Shown piece after piece: positions 47,661 through 59,607 of a stretch of DNA of 64,000 nucleotides (within the stretch, counting starts at the first letter, position 1; each line of letters starts with the position of its first letter). The DNA comes from Lepidodermella squamata. Taxonomy: Eukaryota > Animalia > Gastrotricha. The stretch spans positions 2,170,001 to 2,234,000 of the forward strand of contig JBLDXI010000054.1 of assembly GCA_047495785.1 (NCBI GenBank), in the 5' to 3' direction. The position numbers were made by a program, and so were the translations under genes. The notes under the pieces were generated by a model. The model saw only the letters and a program-made list of their open reading frames with translations, was not told the origin of the DNA and ran no database searches.

Positions 47661-50024
47661 TCACAATATTCTATTGTTTTTCAAGCTCGAGTAAAATAAT
47701 ATAAAAAATGCGCAGGTACAGGAAATGAATAGCGAAAATGAGGCGGTTATCATGAGATGGGCATAAGGTTCTGTGAGAATCAGCAGAATCGCAGTAGCCG
47801 CGAGAATAGCAACAGTGTAATTAGAAACGGCCATTTTCAAGCAATTTAATTCGTGACACGAGTTAACGCGTGGGTACCGCCATTTCAGGTCAAAAATGTT
47901 AATTACAATTTTAGCGATGACAAGTAGGTGAAGCGATAACAGGGGCAAGATCCAAGTCACGCGATAGAATGAACGACAAATTGGGCCATGGTAGAAGAAT
48001 TTAGTATCACTGCGTTCATCGTAGGAGGTACCCAATTCAACGATTTTCGTGAAGTGATCCGGATAGTCTGAAACAATCCAAAGAGCTAGCACAGACCCAT
48101 TTATCGTGGCAAAGAGCATGCAGTAAGCAATTTGAGTCTTCTGGGTGGAAACTTGCTCAGATGCGAGCATAAGGTTGTTAGAAGATCGGCTGAGATCTGG
48201 TTTCGATAGAATAGAGCTTGGAGTTCGCAGTTCAAAAGTTTGATTTCCGAGCTGACCCTCTTCTTGAGATACGACTGACGGTCTAGTTTGAACCATAGCG
48301 TTAGCCGCTAATCGTGACATCCGCATCCTATCACGTTTCACGAACCTGATCACTCCTGGCGCGAACTTCACCATGTTAGATGTCATCAGAAGACCACAAG
48401 TGACACAACAAAGCCCGAGAAGGAGTAAAGCCACTCGCACGACGCAAATAAAGCTACTTTCATCTTTCGGCTCGAAAACGAAAATCGCAGCAGCGAGGGT
48501 GAGGAGGAAGCACCCTGCTAGACTTATCGCTTCGGCAAGAAAAAGAGCTTGAGTCAAAGTAATCTTATCGAATTTCCTGAAGGCAAGGTAGACGAGCCAT
48601 AGGACATTTACCGCCGCTAAATTGTAGAACACAACTTCTGCTACGAATGGAACAGCTAGAATCCGAGTCTCGACAAACCAGCCACTTCTTGGTAATTTAC
48701 CATCAGGACTCCCCGGCCATACGAAGTTGTCTCCCGTGAAAATATAACCGTCGACGTTTGTGAAATCAGCGCTCTGGTTAAGAGTGACTGTATAAACTTG
48801 AGTTAAGCCCTTTTCTTGGGTGTAAACTCCGTAGAACATTGGCTCGTAATCCATTTCCAATCTGGGCGAATAGACAGATTGCCCAACTCGCAATCCTACG
48901 AAGTTCGTCAAAGCCACGCTCTCGTTAGCAGCTGTCATGACGTCATCGGGGAAGTCTGCAAAATCTCGAAGTGTCATATTACGTGCCTGTAGTTTCTGCT
49001 CTGTCTTATTGAGGGCAAGAATTGTCTGTAAGATCCCGTCGTGGCATTGATATTTCGTCCTCTGATCTGCCGATCTCTTCGCCAGTTCCGAGTAACGCTT
49101 TTCGAACCCAGCAAGGTCGTACCCTAGCAATGTCGGCTCGTAGCTACGCTCCGGCTGCAGAATCGCTCCTAACCAGATAGTGATACGATATTGCTCGTAT
49201 ACAATCTCCGGTGTACAACCCGCAGGCAAATTCAGTTTAGTTGGATCGAAAAAAATCGAAGTTTGGCAAATATAAGCGTAACGAGGTCCTCTCATCCCAA
49301 ACTCGTAGGTCTTGCACCAGAAGGTCATCAAGAAAGTCGAGTCGTTCGAGTCTATCGAAATGATCCGGGTATTACTCGCCTTTAGGGATGTTATGAGTTC
49401 ATCGGTGACTTTTGGGGCAAGATCAAACCAAGGAACTTTGATCCCTTGCTCACCGCAGACCTGATAGAAGAGTTTTGCAGTTCCTACGTCAAAACTGTTC
49501 TCGGAAAAAGCGAGAACAGCTACGCGTGTCCAGTCAGCCTGTCGCTTAACAACTGCAGCGCGTTGGTATGCAAGATTCAAACCAGGAATTCGAAGTCTGT
49601 AAACATTAGGGTACCTTACTCGGTTTGCGACGAGATTTGGAGCTCCGCAACCATAGACAACGTTTGTCATTTTGAGGTGATGCAAAAACGTGCCGGTCTT
49701 TTCACAGCTCGGGCTCAAACCAGGTCCAAAGCTTATTGGAGCGATGGATTGCAAATTCGTGAAATTGAAGTAGTTCCTCACCATATTCATGCCCTGTGAG
49801 CCTTCATCGTAATAGATAGCTTCAAGGCGGTAGTCAGGTAGTATGTCAGTATTGCTGTTCGCCGCGTTTATTGCGACTTGAATCGCAGTTCTACAGCCGT
49901 AGTCGTCTTGAGAATTGATCATAACTTGCAACAAATTCTGCTTTCTACTACCAAATTGACTTCGACATGACGGGCAGACTGTCAGAAGCAGTCCGAAGTA
50001 AATCAGAACTAAGTCAAATCGCAT
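47661..50024 (-). CDS. Intronless GABA-B-like class C GPCR paralog (787 aa from ATG)
   Basis: Colinear with the 28501 ORF over its full length; more divergent paralog. Confidence 0.85.
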   Translation of the reverse strand: MRFDLVLIYFGLLLTVCPSCRSQFGSRKQNLLQVMINSQDDYGCRTAIQVAINAANSNTDILPDYRLEAIYYDEGSQGMNMVRNYFNFTNLQSIAPISFGPGLSPSCEKTGTFLHHLKMTNVVYGCGAPNLVANRVRYPNVYRLRIPGLNLAYQRAAVVKRQADWTRVAVLAFSENSFDVGTAKLFYQVCGEQGIKVPWFDLAPKVTDELITSLKASNTRIISIDSNDSTFLMTFWCKTYEFGMRGPRYAYICQTSIFFDPTKLNLPAGCTPEIVYEQYRITIWLGAILQPERSYEPTLLGYDLAGFEKRYSELAKRSADQRTKYQCHDGILQTILALNKTEQKLQARNMTLRDFADFPDDVMTAANESVALTNFVGLRVGQSVYSPRLEMDYEPMFYGVYTQEKGLTQVYTVTLNQSADFTNVDGYIFTGDNFVWPGSPDGKLPRSGWFVETRILAVPFVAEVVFYNLAAVNVLWLVYLAFRKFDKITLTQALFLAEAISLAGCFLLTLAAAIFVFEPKDESSFICVVRVALLLLGLCCVTCGLLMTSNMVKFAPGVIRFVKRDRMRMSRLAANAMVQTRPSVVSQEEGQLGNQTFELRTPSSILSKPDLSRSSNNLMLASEQVSTQKTQIAYCMLFATINGSVLALWIVSDYPDHFTKIVELGTSYDERSDTKFFYHGPICRSFYRVTWILPLLSLHLLVIAKIVINIFDLKWRYPRVNSCHELNCLKMAVSNYTVAILAATAILLILTEPYAHLMITASFSLFISCTCAFFILFYSSLKNNRIL

Positions 50025-50552
50025 TTCTGTTCCAAGCAAAAACAATGTTCTGCAGGGTTTTTCTAAAATGCACCGCGCATTTCCCTAATTGGCTTGATCA
50101 CCAGCATAGGGCGTGCTAAATGACTCTTAGAGGTGGTTCATCTCAAATGAAGATAATTAGAAATGACAAGAATTCTGCTAGTATCAATAATCAGCTCTGT
50201 TATTCAGATTATTCGAGATTCGAATCGTATCGAACCTTTCATTTATTGGGGCACTCATCTCTTGTCAGTAAGTTGTCCGACCTGTCCATCAGGTTATTTA
50301 AGGTCACATTCGAAGAGTTGCATCGATATCGGAAACCGCAGGGGGCGGGTTCCCAACCTTGGTGTTACAGAAGTTAAATTTGTCTCGGTTGTCACATGAA
50401 AAGATTTTGAATAACTTATTTGTGTCAGCATTCTCGGGCAAAGATCACCTATATGGGCTGTTAACTTCAAGGTTTAATCGATTCGGTTTATCAAATGAAA
50501 AACAGTGTGCAGAAAATCATTCGTGAGATTTATTTAACACAAGTGACTTGTT

Positions 50553-52934
50553 TTAGTTTTCTTTACTATTAAACGCGAAAAAGAAATTAAGCGAAGCAGT
50601 CGTTGCGGAAATAAAGAGACAAAACGTCGCGACGATCACAAGCTGCGAATAGGGTTCGTGAACGATCAATATGATAGCCACGGCCGCTAGCACTGCTATC
50701 AAGTAATTTAACACAGACATTTTCAAGCAATTGAACTCTCGGGCATTGTTGATTCCACGGTAACGCCATCTGAGCTTGAAAATATGAATGACAATCCTCA
50801 AAATTAAAACGAAATGAAGACACAAGAAAGGTAGAATCCATTTATACTGTTCAAAGGCCTTACAAATAGGCCCTCGGTAGAAAAACATCGTATCACTTGG
50901 TTCATCGTAGTAGCTTCCGAGATCTACAATAATGGTGAAATGAGATCGGTAATTCAAAGCAATCCAATGCGAAAGGACCAGCCCATTTATCGTCGCAAAC
51001 AAAGCACAATAGGCAATTTGAGCTTTTAGAAAAGATCTATGATCGATGGAGCTATTATGGGTGCGCTTTTCTGTTTCCCTGGACAGAATGCTCTCATAGC
51101 GCGCATGATCTGATGTCTTGACAGGGACAAGGGGAATGTCTTGAATTGGTGCTGAAGACGAATTAGCTTGATTATGAAAATGCACTACAACGCTTTGCTG
51201 ATTTATGCTATTAGCAGCCAATCGAGACTGTTGCGTATTTCCTCTCTTAATGAGTTTCCGCAGCCCGTGAGATAACTTGATCATGCTCGACTTCATCCAC
51301 AATCCGCATGTGATTCCACAGACACTAGCTATCAACATAACAACACGATAGACACAAATTGAGCTTCCTTCTTCCTGCGGTTCGACAGCGAAAGCGACAG
51401 CAGACACGGAGAGAAGAAAGCATCCAGTAATCAAAACGATGTTAGCAAGAAGCAATGCACGATCGTTGACGATTTTCCTAAATGATCTAATCGTGCAGTA
51501 AGCCAGCCACAGGAAGTTCAGGGATGCGAGAACGAGCAGGGTGATTTCAGCGTCCATTGTCACACCTATGGCGAAGTTATTTATGGACCAGCCATTTTTC
51601 GGCAATATTCCGTCCGAGGTTCCAGGCCAGTAAAACTGATCTCCAATGAAGTTATAAGCCATAACATCGGAGTAATCACCACCTTCATTGAGGGCAACGC
51701 TGTAAACTTGAGTCAACCCCTTTTCAGGCGTAAAGACTCCGTATAGCATCGGCTCGTAATCCATTTCCAACCTTGATGAATAAACTGCGCGACCCACTCG
51801 GATCCCCATAAAATCAGTGGTAGTTACACTCTCATTTGCGACTTTCATAACAAGATCGGGAGCTTTGCCAAAATCTTGCAGGCTCGAATTCAGACTTTTC
51901 AATTTTCGCTCGGCTTTGTCTAGGGCTAAAATCACCTGCATCATTCCGTCATGGCAATGGTACTTTGATTTCGGATCCACTGGCTTCTTCGCCAGGTCGG
52001 AGAAACGTTTTTCAAATCCAGCTATATCATACCCGAATGGTGTTGATCCGTAACTCTTATCGGGGAATAAAATTGTTCCATGCCAAATCGTTGCCTTATA
52101 CTGCTCGTAAACTATATTTAGAGTGCATCCTCGAGGCAAAGTTAGCTTAGTTGGATCGAAAAATATGGAAGTTTGGCACAGGAATGCATATCGTGGCCCC
52201 TTGATGCCGAATTCATAAGTCTTGCACCAAAATGACATGAGAAAATTCGAATCATTCGAATCGACTGAAATTATCCTCGCATTGCTTGTTTTAAGGGAGC
52301 CGATCAGCTCATCTGTAATTTTTGGGGCTAAATCGAACCAAGGTACTCTAATACCCAAATCAGCGCAGAGTTGATAGAATAACTTGGCGGTCCCTACATC
52401 AAAGCTGTTGTCAGAAAACGCGAGAACTGCGACATCAGTCCAGTTTGATTTCTTCTTGATAATTGCGGCTCGCAGGTAGGCTACGTTCAGGCCTGGAATG
52501 CGAACCCGGTAGACGTTAGGGTACTTGACTCGGTTAGCCACTAGATTAGGCGCACCACATCCGAATGCTACGTTCGTCATTTTCAGATGGTGCATGAAAG
52601 GGCCAGTTTTCTCGCAACTAGGACTCAAGCCAGGTCCTAAACTGATCGGGGCAATTGAGCTTTGGCTGGTGAAGTTGAAGTAATTTCGAACCATATTGGC
52701 ACCTTGATTTCCCTCGTCGTAGAAGTCTGCCTCGAGATGGTAATCAGGCAAAACATTAGTCAAGTTATTAGCGGCGGTGACTGCGACTTGAATGGCTATT
52801 CGACAGCCGTAATCGTCGGCTGTGTTAGCCATTACCTTCAAATATTTCGCTTTTCGCGTCATTTGTTGCCCGATGGCCCCCTGGTTTATCGCCAGCATAA
52901 CTAATAAAGTTAACAATCGCAGAAAGCAATTCAT
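50553..52934 (-). CDS. Intronless GABA-B-like class C GPCR paralog (793 aa), closest to the nested copy
   Basis: Same length and gap-free alignment with 28501-30882; flanking non-coding homology. Confidence 0.85.
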   Translation of the reverse strand: MNCFLRLLTLLVMLAINQGAIGQQMTRKAKYLKVMANTADDYGCRIAIQVAVTAANNLTNVLPDYHLEADFYDEGNQGANMVRNYFNFTSQSSIAPISLGPGLSPSCEKTGPFMHHLKMTNVAFGCGAPNLVANRVKYPNVYRVRIPGLNVAYLRAAIIKKKSNWTDVAVLAFSDNSFDVGTAKLFYQLCADLGIRVPWFDLAPKITDELIGSLKTSNARIISVDSNDSNFLMSFWCKTYEFGIKGPRYAFLCQTSIFFDPTKLTLPRGCTLNIVYEQYKATIWHGTILFPDKSYGSTPFGYDIAGFEKRFSDLAKKPVDPKSKYHCHDGMMQVILALDKAERKLKSLNSSLQDFGKAPDLVMKVANESVTTTDFMGIRVGRAVYSSRLEMDYEPMLYGVFTPEKGLTQVYSVALNEGGDYSDVMAYNFIGDQFYWPGTSDGILPKNGWSINNFAIGVTMDAEITLLVLASLNFLWLAYCTIRSFRKIVNDRALLLANIVLITGCFLLSVSAVAFAVEPQEEGSSICVYRVVMLIASVCGITCGLWMKSSMIKLSHGLRKLIKRGNTQQSRLAANSINQQSVVVHFHNQANSSSAPIQDIPLVPVKTSDHARYESILSRETEKRTHNSSIDHRSFLKAQIAYCALFATINGLVLSHWIALNYRSHFTIIVDLGSYYDEPSDTMFFYRGPICKAFEQYKWILPFLCLHFVLILRIVIHIFKLRWRYRGINNAREFNCLKMSVLNYLIAVLAAVAIILIVHEPYSQLVIVATFCLFISATTASLNFFFAFNSKEN

Positions 52935-53527
52935 TGTGCCTATAATAAACTTTGAAAAAGCGATTCGCGTTGGATAGCTTTCCTATGGATAGCAATTCAC
53001 GCTTAGATTCTGACTTCCGCCTAAGCTCTCCAGCAGTTTAGAATTTCCTGCTGTAATCAGCATAAGCAACGATGCACGCCCTTCGTACGACCACGTATTG
53101 CAGACGGGCGATAGATCACATATTAATTCCGAAAATATAGGCTCTGTTTTATTCAGCCATAATGTTGTTATTCTGCAATGAAAGATACTGGCCGCAGCGT
53201 TCCATTGTTTCACTAGCCGGCTCTCTATTGTGCAATTTTTTGACCCGAAAAGTGCTCGCGTCATGTGAACTTGCTGCAAGATGTAAACATTGTCTATATC
53301 TAAGCGGCACACACTACATGAATTAGGCAGTGAGTAGTGAGGCAGTTGATGATATTGTAAAATGCTGTGCTTAAGTATTTCCTGTACCTGTTCAGACTGG
53401 TGGTGAAGTTGGCGAAAGCAACTGAGCAAACTTGAGACTACCGATGAGCAAGAGTAGGCGCGTGCGCATTCGCAGTTATTTTTATCTCGGGTCAACTACT
53501 CATATGTCTGCATAAAATTATAAAGCC

Positions 53528-55401
53528 ATGGCAGAAAAACAACTCTCTGGTGAGAATGAAGCTTCGGCGAAAGAGATGAAGCGTAATCATAGTCTTGAGG
53601 CAGACTCCGATATATCGGCAAAACCTGGATTCCGCTTCACACATTATCACGTCGTTGTTTTCACTACAACTTTTATAGCGTTAGTTCCAATTAGAAATGT
53701 CTCCATTTTTCTCAAGTTCTTTTTTATAGAGCATCGTTGGTCTACGTATGTCGAAAAGGGTTCAACAACATCAAAGCTGTGGTTGCAGAAGAGTGGTCTC
53801 CTTCCAGCAATACGCTATCAAGTCTTCCGGCGAAAACACCTTACAAGGTTATTAGCAAAATCCAGTTTTACGCAGTTACAGCCTAAATTCCTTCCTGTTT
53901 CAGATATGGAATTCTCACGAGCTGTTCCCACATAGCGACGATCCTACATTAAAGGCCTTCCTTGGTGTTTTGGATACAAGCTTTCAGTTTTTCTATGCAA
54001 TCGTAAATTCAAAGCTACAAGCTCATTTCTGTTCTCTAGATATATAATCGCTTTACAGGCAATGATCTTCACCGGAGCTCTTGGTGACCATTTTAATCCA
54101 AGATACGTGCTGCTCATCAGTCTTTCTGGCAATGCCATTTCTCAGATCTTAATGTCTTGCTTACCCGAATGGATCGAATGGTACAATCTGCCTTGGTACT
54201 TGATTCTAATGATCATTAATGGATTGTTCCAATCAATCCACTGGCCTGTAATGATCGCCGTTTTAGGGAACTGGTTCACCAAAACGCAGTAAGGCCCTAT
54301 GAATAGTTCTATCATGTCAGAAAATCTGTAAATTTTCAGTCGTGGCCTGATATTTGGCACATGGAGCATCGGCCAGTCGCTAGGTAACATAATCGGGGCC
54401 CTCTCAACAGCTGTCTTGCTGCGCTATGGCTACGACTTCGCTATTCTGGTGCCGAATATCCTTCTGCTTTCCAGCAGCATTATTCTCTTTTTCGGTCTCG
54501 TCTCGTCGCCTAGCGATGTTGGATTGGTGAATGTTGAAGAGGATGAAGATTCAAAAGGTGCATCTGAGGAGGAACCTTTGGAGAAAGCCGTTCCAAGACC
54601 GATTGGCTTATTGGAAGCCATACTGTTGCCAAATGTGATAACGGTAAAATTTTCTTTATTCCAGAATAATGCCCATCATAATCTGGAATCTTACAGTACT
54701 CGCTAGCATACGGGGCTGTTAAGATAGTCAATCAATCACTGTATGGATGGCTAACATTCTATTTGGGGCGAAGGTACAACTGGTCGGCAGAAGACGCATC
54801 GGCCCTCTCCAGTTGGTTCGACGTCGGCAGCATTATCGGAGCTATTTTGGGCGGACTGGCATCCGACAAATGCGGCAGATCTGTTGTCCTCACACTAATG
54901 GTAGCTGCCGCAATTCCATCGTTATTTATTTACAAAAGTAATTCCTTGAATTTTCGGATCCAATCGCTAAAAATCAATGTTTGATGCAGCTTTACCCGAT
55001 GACCGAGTTCTGAACTCAATCGTTCTGACAGCCATAGGTTTCTTCATCGGGGGCAATAAAAACCTCATGAGTTCTGCCATCGCCGCTGACTTGGGCCGCC
55101 AACCGCACCTCAAGGAGAATACGTTAGCTCTATCCACTGTAACTGGCGTCATGAGCGGATTGAGCAGCATCGGTGCAGCTCTAAGCCAAATACTGGTACC
55201 CCTCATACAAACGACTTTGGGGTGGGAAGCCGTTTTCAACACACTGATCTTAGCCGTGAGTTGCCCGAGAAACTTTTTAGCGACTGAAATATATTATAAA
55301 TCCATTCACAGTGTTTTCTCTCCATCATCTTCATGGTTCCTCTCATGGTCAAAGATTTTTGCATGCCTGATGTTACCAATTGCAAGCGAAGAGAGGAATA
55401 G
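53528..55401 (+). CDS. MFS sugar-phosphate exchanger (SLC37-like), multi-exon
   Basis: CRKGF, LGVLDTSF, GALGDHFNPR, GLFQSIHWP...VLGNWF, RGLIFGTWS, WFDVGSIIG, SSAIAADLG, ALSTVTG; short GT-AG introns; stop at 55399-55401. Confidence 0.88.
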
Positions 55402-56188
55402 GAAACAATGGGTACTCGAGGCATTCCAGATTTACTGGCTGTCAAACAAAACCCGGTTCTGTAGCGTCATGCTTATACAAGTTGCTATCTTATCAAATTA
55501 TAAATAAAGTATTTTAATGAATCAAAAGTTAATAGCCCGTTGAAAGCCCGCAACAAGCACCACACTGGTGGCTTGACTCACAAATGAATACCATTGTGGT
55601 TGGGCTTTTTAAAAGAAATGACAAAAATAATTTTCTTGCTGAAGGTCGCAAATATCATCGCGCTTGTCCTCTTCATCTTCAGTTCAAATTTTAGGCTGAA
55701 AATAATTGGCAATTTGGCGAGTAAGCGTTTGGTATAATTATTATTTTACTTACATACAGGAAAATATATTCTTTACAGCTGAGAAAATATGGCGGAAGAT
55801 AGAGCTTAAAATAACCTGATTGTATAAGTACGTTACCGAATGATAGCATAGCTCGGCTGAGTTCACTAAAATACCGCCTAACTCTAGAGACAATTAAGCA
55901 AGATGGTAGAAGCTGAAACAAATAATGAAGAAACATTGCATAAAGATCGCATATACCCCTAGGCCAAGTATATGTTAGGGCTATATGTAATTATATGTTT
56001 ACATAATTTTACATATTGGACAGTTGATTTTCACATATTGGACACTTGATTTTTTAAGGAGGAGCACATATTGGACAGTTGTCTATTGTTCAGACCCGTG
56101 AAACTCATGAAACCCAAGAAACCCGAGGAACCCAAAATAGCTTTATTATTCAAAATCAAACAATCTCTTGGAAAAGCTGGGGCGGCTC

Positions 56189-56430
56189 GAAACTCTGGCA
56201 GCATTCACCCCTGATACCAAGAAAATCGAGCAGCATTCGGCCCCTATTTCGAGAAAATCGAGCAGCAATCGTCCCCAATTCCGACAAAATCGAGCAGCAT
56301 TCGGCCCCAATTTCGAGAAAATCGAGCAGCAGTCAGCTCCTATGTCGATAAAACCCAGAGCTCCACCGGGACAATTGCGAAATCCGACCAGCAGTCGCCC
56401 TCAATGTTGAGAAAATCGCGCAGCATTCCT
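56189..56430. repeat. Minisatellite, 32-bp unit (GAAAATCGAGCAGCATTCGGCCCCAATTTCGA), ~7 copies degenerating at the ends
   Basis: Units start at 56221, 56253, 56285 and 56317. Confidence 0.9.
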
Positions 56431-58255
56431 CTTGGATCCTGGAAATTGTCAAAACGGCGCCGTATTCGTCTTGCATTTCGTACCATTCCATCAGCCTTCG
56501 TTCCTGGCTCGAACTGGTTCGACGACACGCCTCCTCGTACGGGATGGAAACCTTGATTGAGCTTGAGATCGACAATAACCAGATCGGCGAACTAGTTGCC
56601 ATGAGCCATGAGCCGAATTCACTCGCCTGGTTGATTTGATGAGCCGACAGTTCAAATAGCTCGAGCCATTGTGCGATTCTTCATCGTAGCAGCGTGCCAG
56701 TTTGACGCGAAGATCCGGCGGCAAAAAAGCGAGTGAAAATCAAAACGAAAATCGACCGAATGAGCGTTTGATTTAAAAATGGCGAAAAGCTCAGTTTTTG
56801 ATGAACAATTAAGTTGGATGTTTTATTTTCCCATTTTCCATGATTTTTTATCCTTCGCAACGTGGGGGTAGGTATTTCAATGGAGCCCTGGCAATCGGTA
56901 GATGCTACTATGCCTCGGGGTATATGCAAATATTGGACTTAGAGTCGTAAATATGTTAAAAAACCTCACATAAAACGTCCTCGCCTGCGGCTCCGCCATT
57001 ATATGTTCGGTTTTTCAACATATTTCCTCCTCTATGTCCAATATATACACATATTAAGGTCAAAATCAACATTGCGCAGCTACCACAGATGTTATTATGT
57101 CCTCTGATATTCATAAAAAAATGAATTCGCGCTATTTTCTCTCGTAGCTGGTTATTCAATTCCCGCTTGCGAAGTTTTAGCCTCGTTACCAACGCGAATC
57201 TATTTTCTTTATGTGTATATTTTTGATTGAAAGAGTGGCAATAGAGTTCGGCTGAACAGTGTTCCGATTTCCCCAAGAGCTAGAAACAAATTCCAAGTTC
57301 TGAATCATGCCTATTATAATTTCGTTTGGCGACGCGCCTTAGCCACTGGTGTCGTGCACTGACAAAAGTTGATTTCTAACGTTATACCGCGTCTCTAGCT
57401 ATATCTCTTATTTTCGAGGTGCTAGTTTCTTTTAACATTAAACGGTGCGGTTGTTGACAGCCTGTTAAATTATTTTATTGGCTTACTGATTTTATTTATT
57501 TAAGAGGTATAATATCCAAGAGAGGGCAGCTCTACATAGTTGAAAATTGAAAGAAAACATAAAACTGCTGGACAGTTACAAAGATGTAGGACAATGGCAA
57601 ATGATATACGAGCAATAAATCATAAACAAGCGACAAGTAAGGCTGATCAGCAATTTTAAAATTATATGAAACGATATTGATAAAGGTTTTAACGATTAAA
57701 CAGAACACACGATTTAATTCACTAAAGTAAAATGCAAACATACAAATATTTTATTTGAAGGAAATGGTAGGAAACTATTTACTAAAAGCAGTTTCCTGGA
57801 AAAGTGCGAGTGGGTGGCTTTCCGACATTTTGAGGCATAGATAAAAAATATTGAAGATATGACACTCACGATCTTATGTGAAAATGAAAACCACGCTTTC
57901 GACGATATACAAATGTATGGCAAAACATCGACAAATTTATTTTCCAAACCATTCATCTCGACAAAAATATGGAAAATTCGTAATTTTTCGCATGCTGATC
58001 ATAAAATTCAAGGGCACGGTTCCAAGTAATAAGCAACTAGTGAAAATACCACATCTTCATTCTAGCCTGTATTGTCTATGAAGCATTTCGCAACCATGAC
58101 TTTTTTAAAAGATGATCCCAGTTCGCCCAGAAGCAATTTGAAAGCTATTGGACCGGCTTGGTTTGCTTGGTTTGCCGGAGACTCAAGACTCAAGACATAT
58201 ATAAACAACAACTCAATAACCAGGATTTCATTAAACTGCCCAGGGCTTCATCGCC

Positions 58256-58831
58256 TGTTGGGGCCCGAGCCCCATTTCAGCCCGTACGCGTTCGGGCCGG
58301 CCCGTATGCGACCGGGTAACAGCACTTTCCCACTCCGCGCTCGGGCCAGTCTGTAACGTGCCCGTATGCGACGTTTACTGTAAATTTAAAAAATTCGAAA
58401 GAATCACGCTTCACCGCAGACGAGGTGTTGGCCCGAGCACGGCGGAAAACAATAGGAACCAGCGCTATTGTTAGGCGCTCGCGTGGGCCTTACTCGGGCC
58501 GTCGGGTTTGGGCCGGGACTTGATAAAGTTATCGGGTAGGAACGGTAGGGCATTGGTTGTAGGATGACCCAAGCCCGGCAGCTCGATTCCAGAGGCTCGA
58601 GCCCGGCGGCCCTAGCGCGGCGCTGAACAATAGCGCTGGTTATCATTGCTCTCCGCCGTGCTCGGGCCAACACCTCGGCTGGCCCGTGTGCGGTGAAGCG
58701 TGATTCTTTCGAATTTGTCAAATTTACAGGAAACGTCGCATTTGGGCATGTTTCGAAGCGGCCCGAGCGCGGAGCGGCAAATCAATCTTACCCGTCTTCG
58801 TACGGGCAGAAGTCGGACTCGGGCCCCAACA
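58256..58831. mobile_element. Foldback/MITE with ~220-bp inverted arms
   Basis: tgttggggcccgag..cccgtacg at both ends; inner arm cgacgttt..gtaaattt..aaattcgaaagaatcacgcttcaccgca..gaggtgttggcccgagcacggcgg..accagcgctattgtt inverted at ~58620-58745. Confidence 0.85.
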
Positions 58832-59607
58832 AATTCCATGGAGTAATGTGACATCGCAGGGAAAGAATACTTATTTTTGTCCGAATGGAATGCAAGGGGC
58901 TACAAGAAGGGCCGAAATCTGGACGCTAACTTTGGGCCCCATTTGTTTCGTCAATCGGTTCAGGCGATGATATTGATTTGATTTCTTCAAATATTCGAGG
59001 TTCAAGGGTGAAAATTACTGCGGCATTTTCATGCTGGTAAATCAATTAAGAAAGTGCATTTTATTATAAAGATTAATTACAATAAATTAGGAAAAAATTC
59101 AGAAATCTTATTTGGCGCGCATTTATTTTATTGCGGGCTTTTCCTGAAATAAAATTCTGAAAGAAGTCACCGCAGCTCCTAACCCTTCGAGGCCTAAGCC
59201 TTGAGCTTTGAGTTTGGGAAAATATCCAATCCGTCACGATGTTCACACTTCATTTGCGAGTGTAAAGAGCTTTTACGGTATTTTCAAAACCAGGTGAGGC
59301 TCCAAAATCGCGAGAAAAGTGGATGTTTTAGGTTTTCGGATGATTTCACATGAAAATGGAAAACGGATTATCTCAAACCGCAACTTCGCTTTTAGATTCA
59401 GTGCTGCTGTTTTTTGACTGAAGCTGTCTTCTAAGGCAGACGCCCTTTGTTGAAGAAAGGGGAGCATTTGTCTCTGTCACACTATTGTCCCTATCATTGT
59501 CTACTTTTGAAGTCCTTTTGCTTTTCGGCACCTTGGCAGGGGCAGCTTAACTCGGACCTTTTTTACTTCTCTGCAGCATAATAAGTAAGATATCTTTCTC
59601 TTAGGCG

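Noticed and set aside
52983-53495. 170-aa ORF between the GPCR and SLC37-like genes
   Set aside because: Non-ATG start, no motifs; overlaps the divergent promoter, and its homologous part at ~28380-28500 looks non-coding
56189-56430. 32-bp periodic repeat resembling a CRISPR array
   Set aside because: Head-to-tail units with no unique spacers, no cas genes, eukaryotic context
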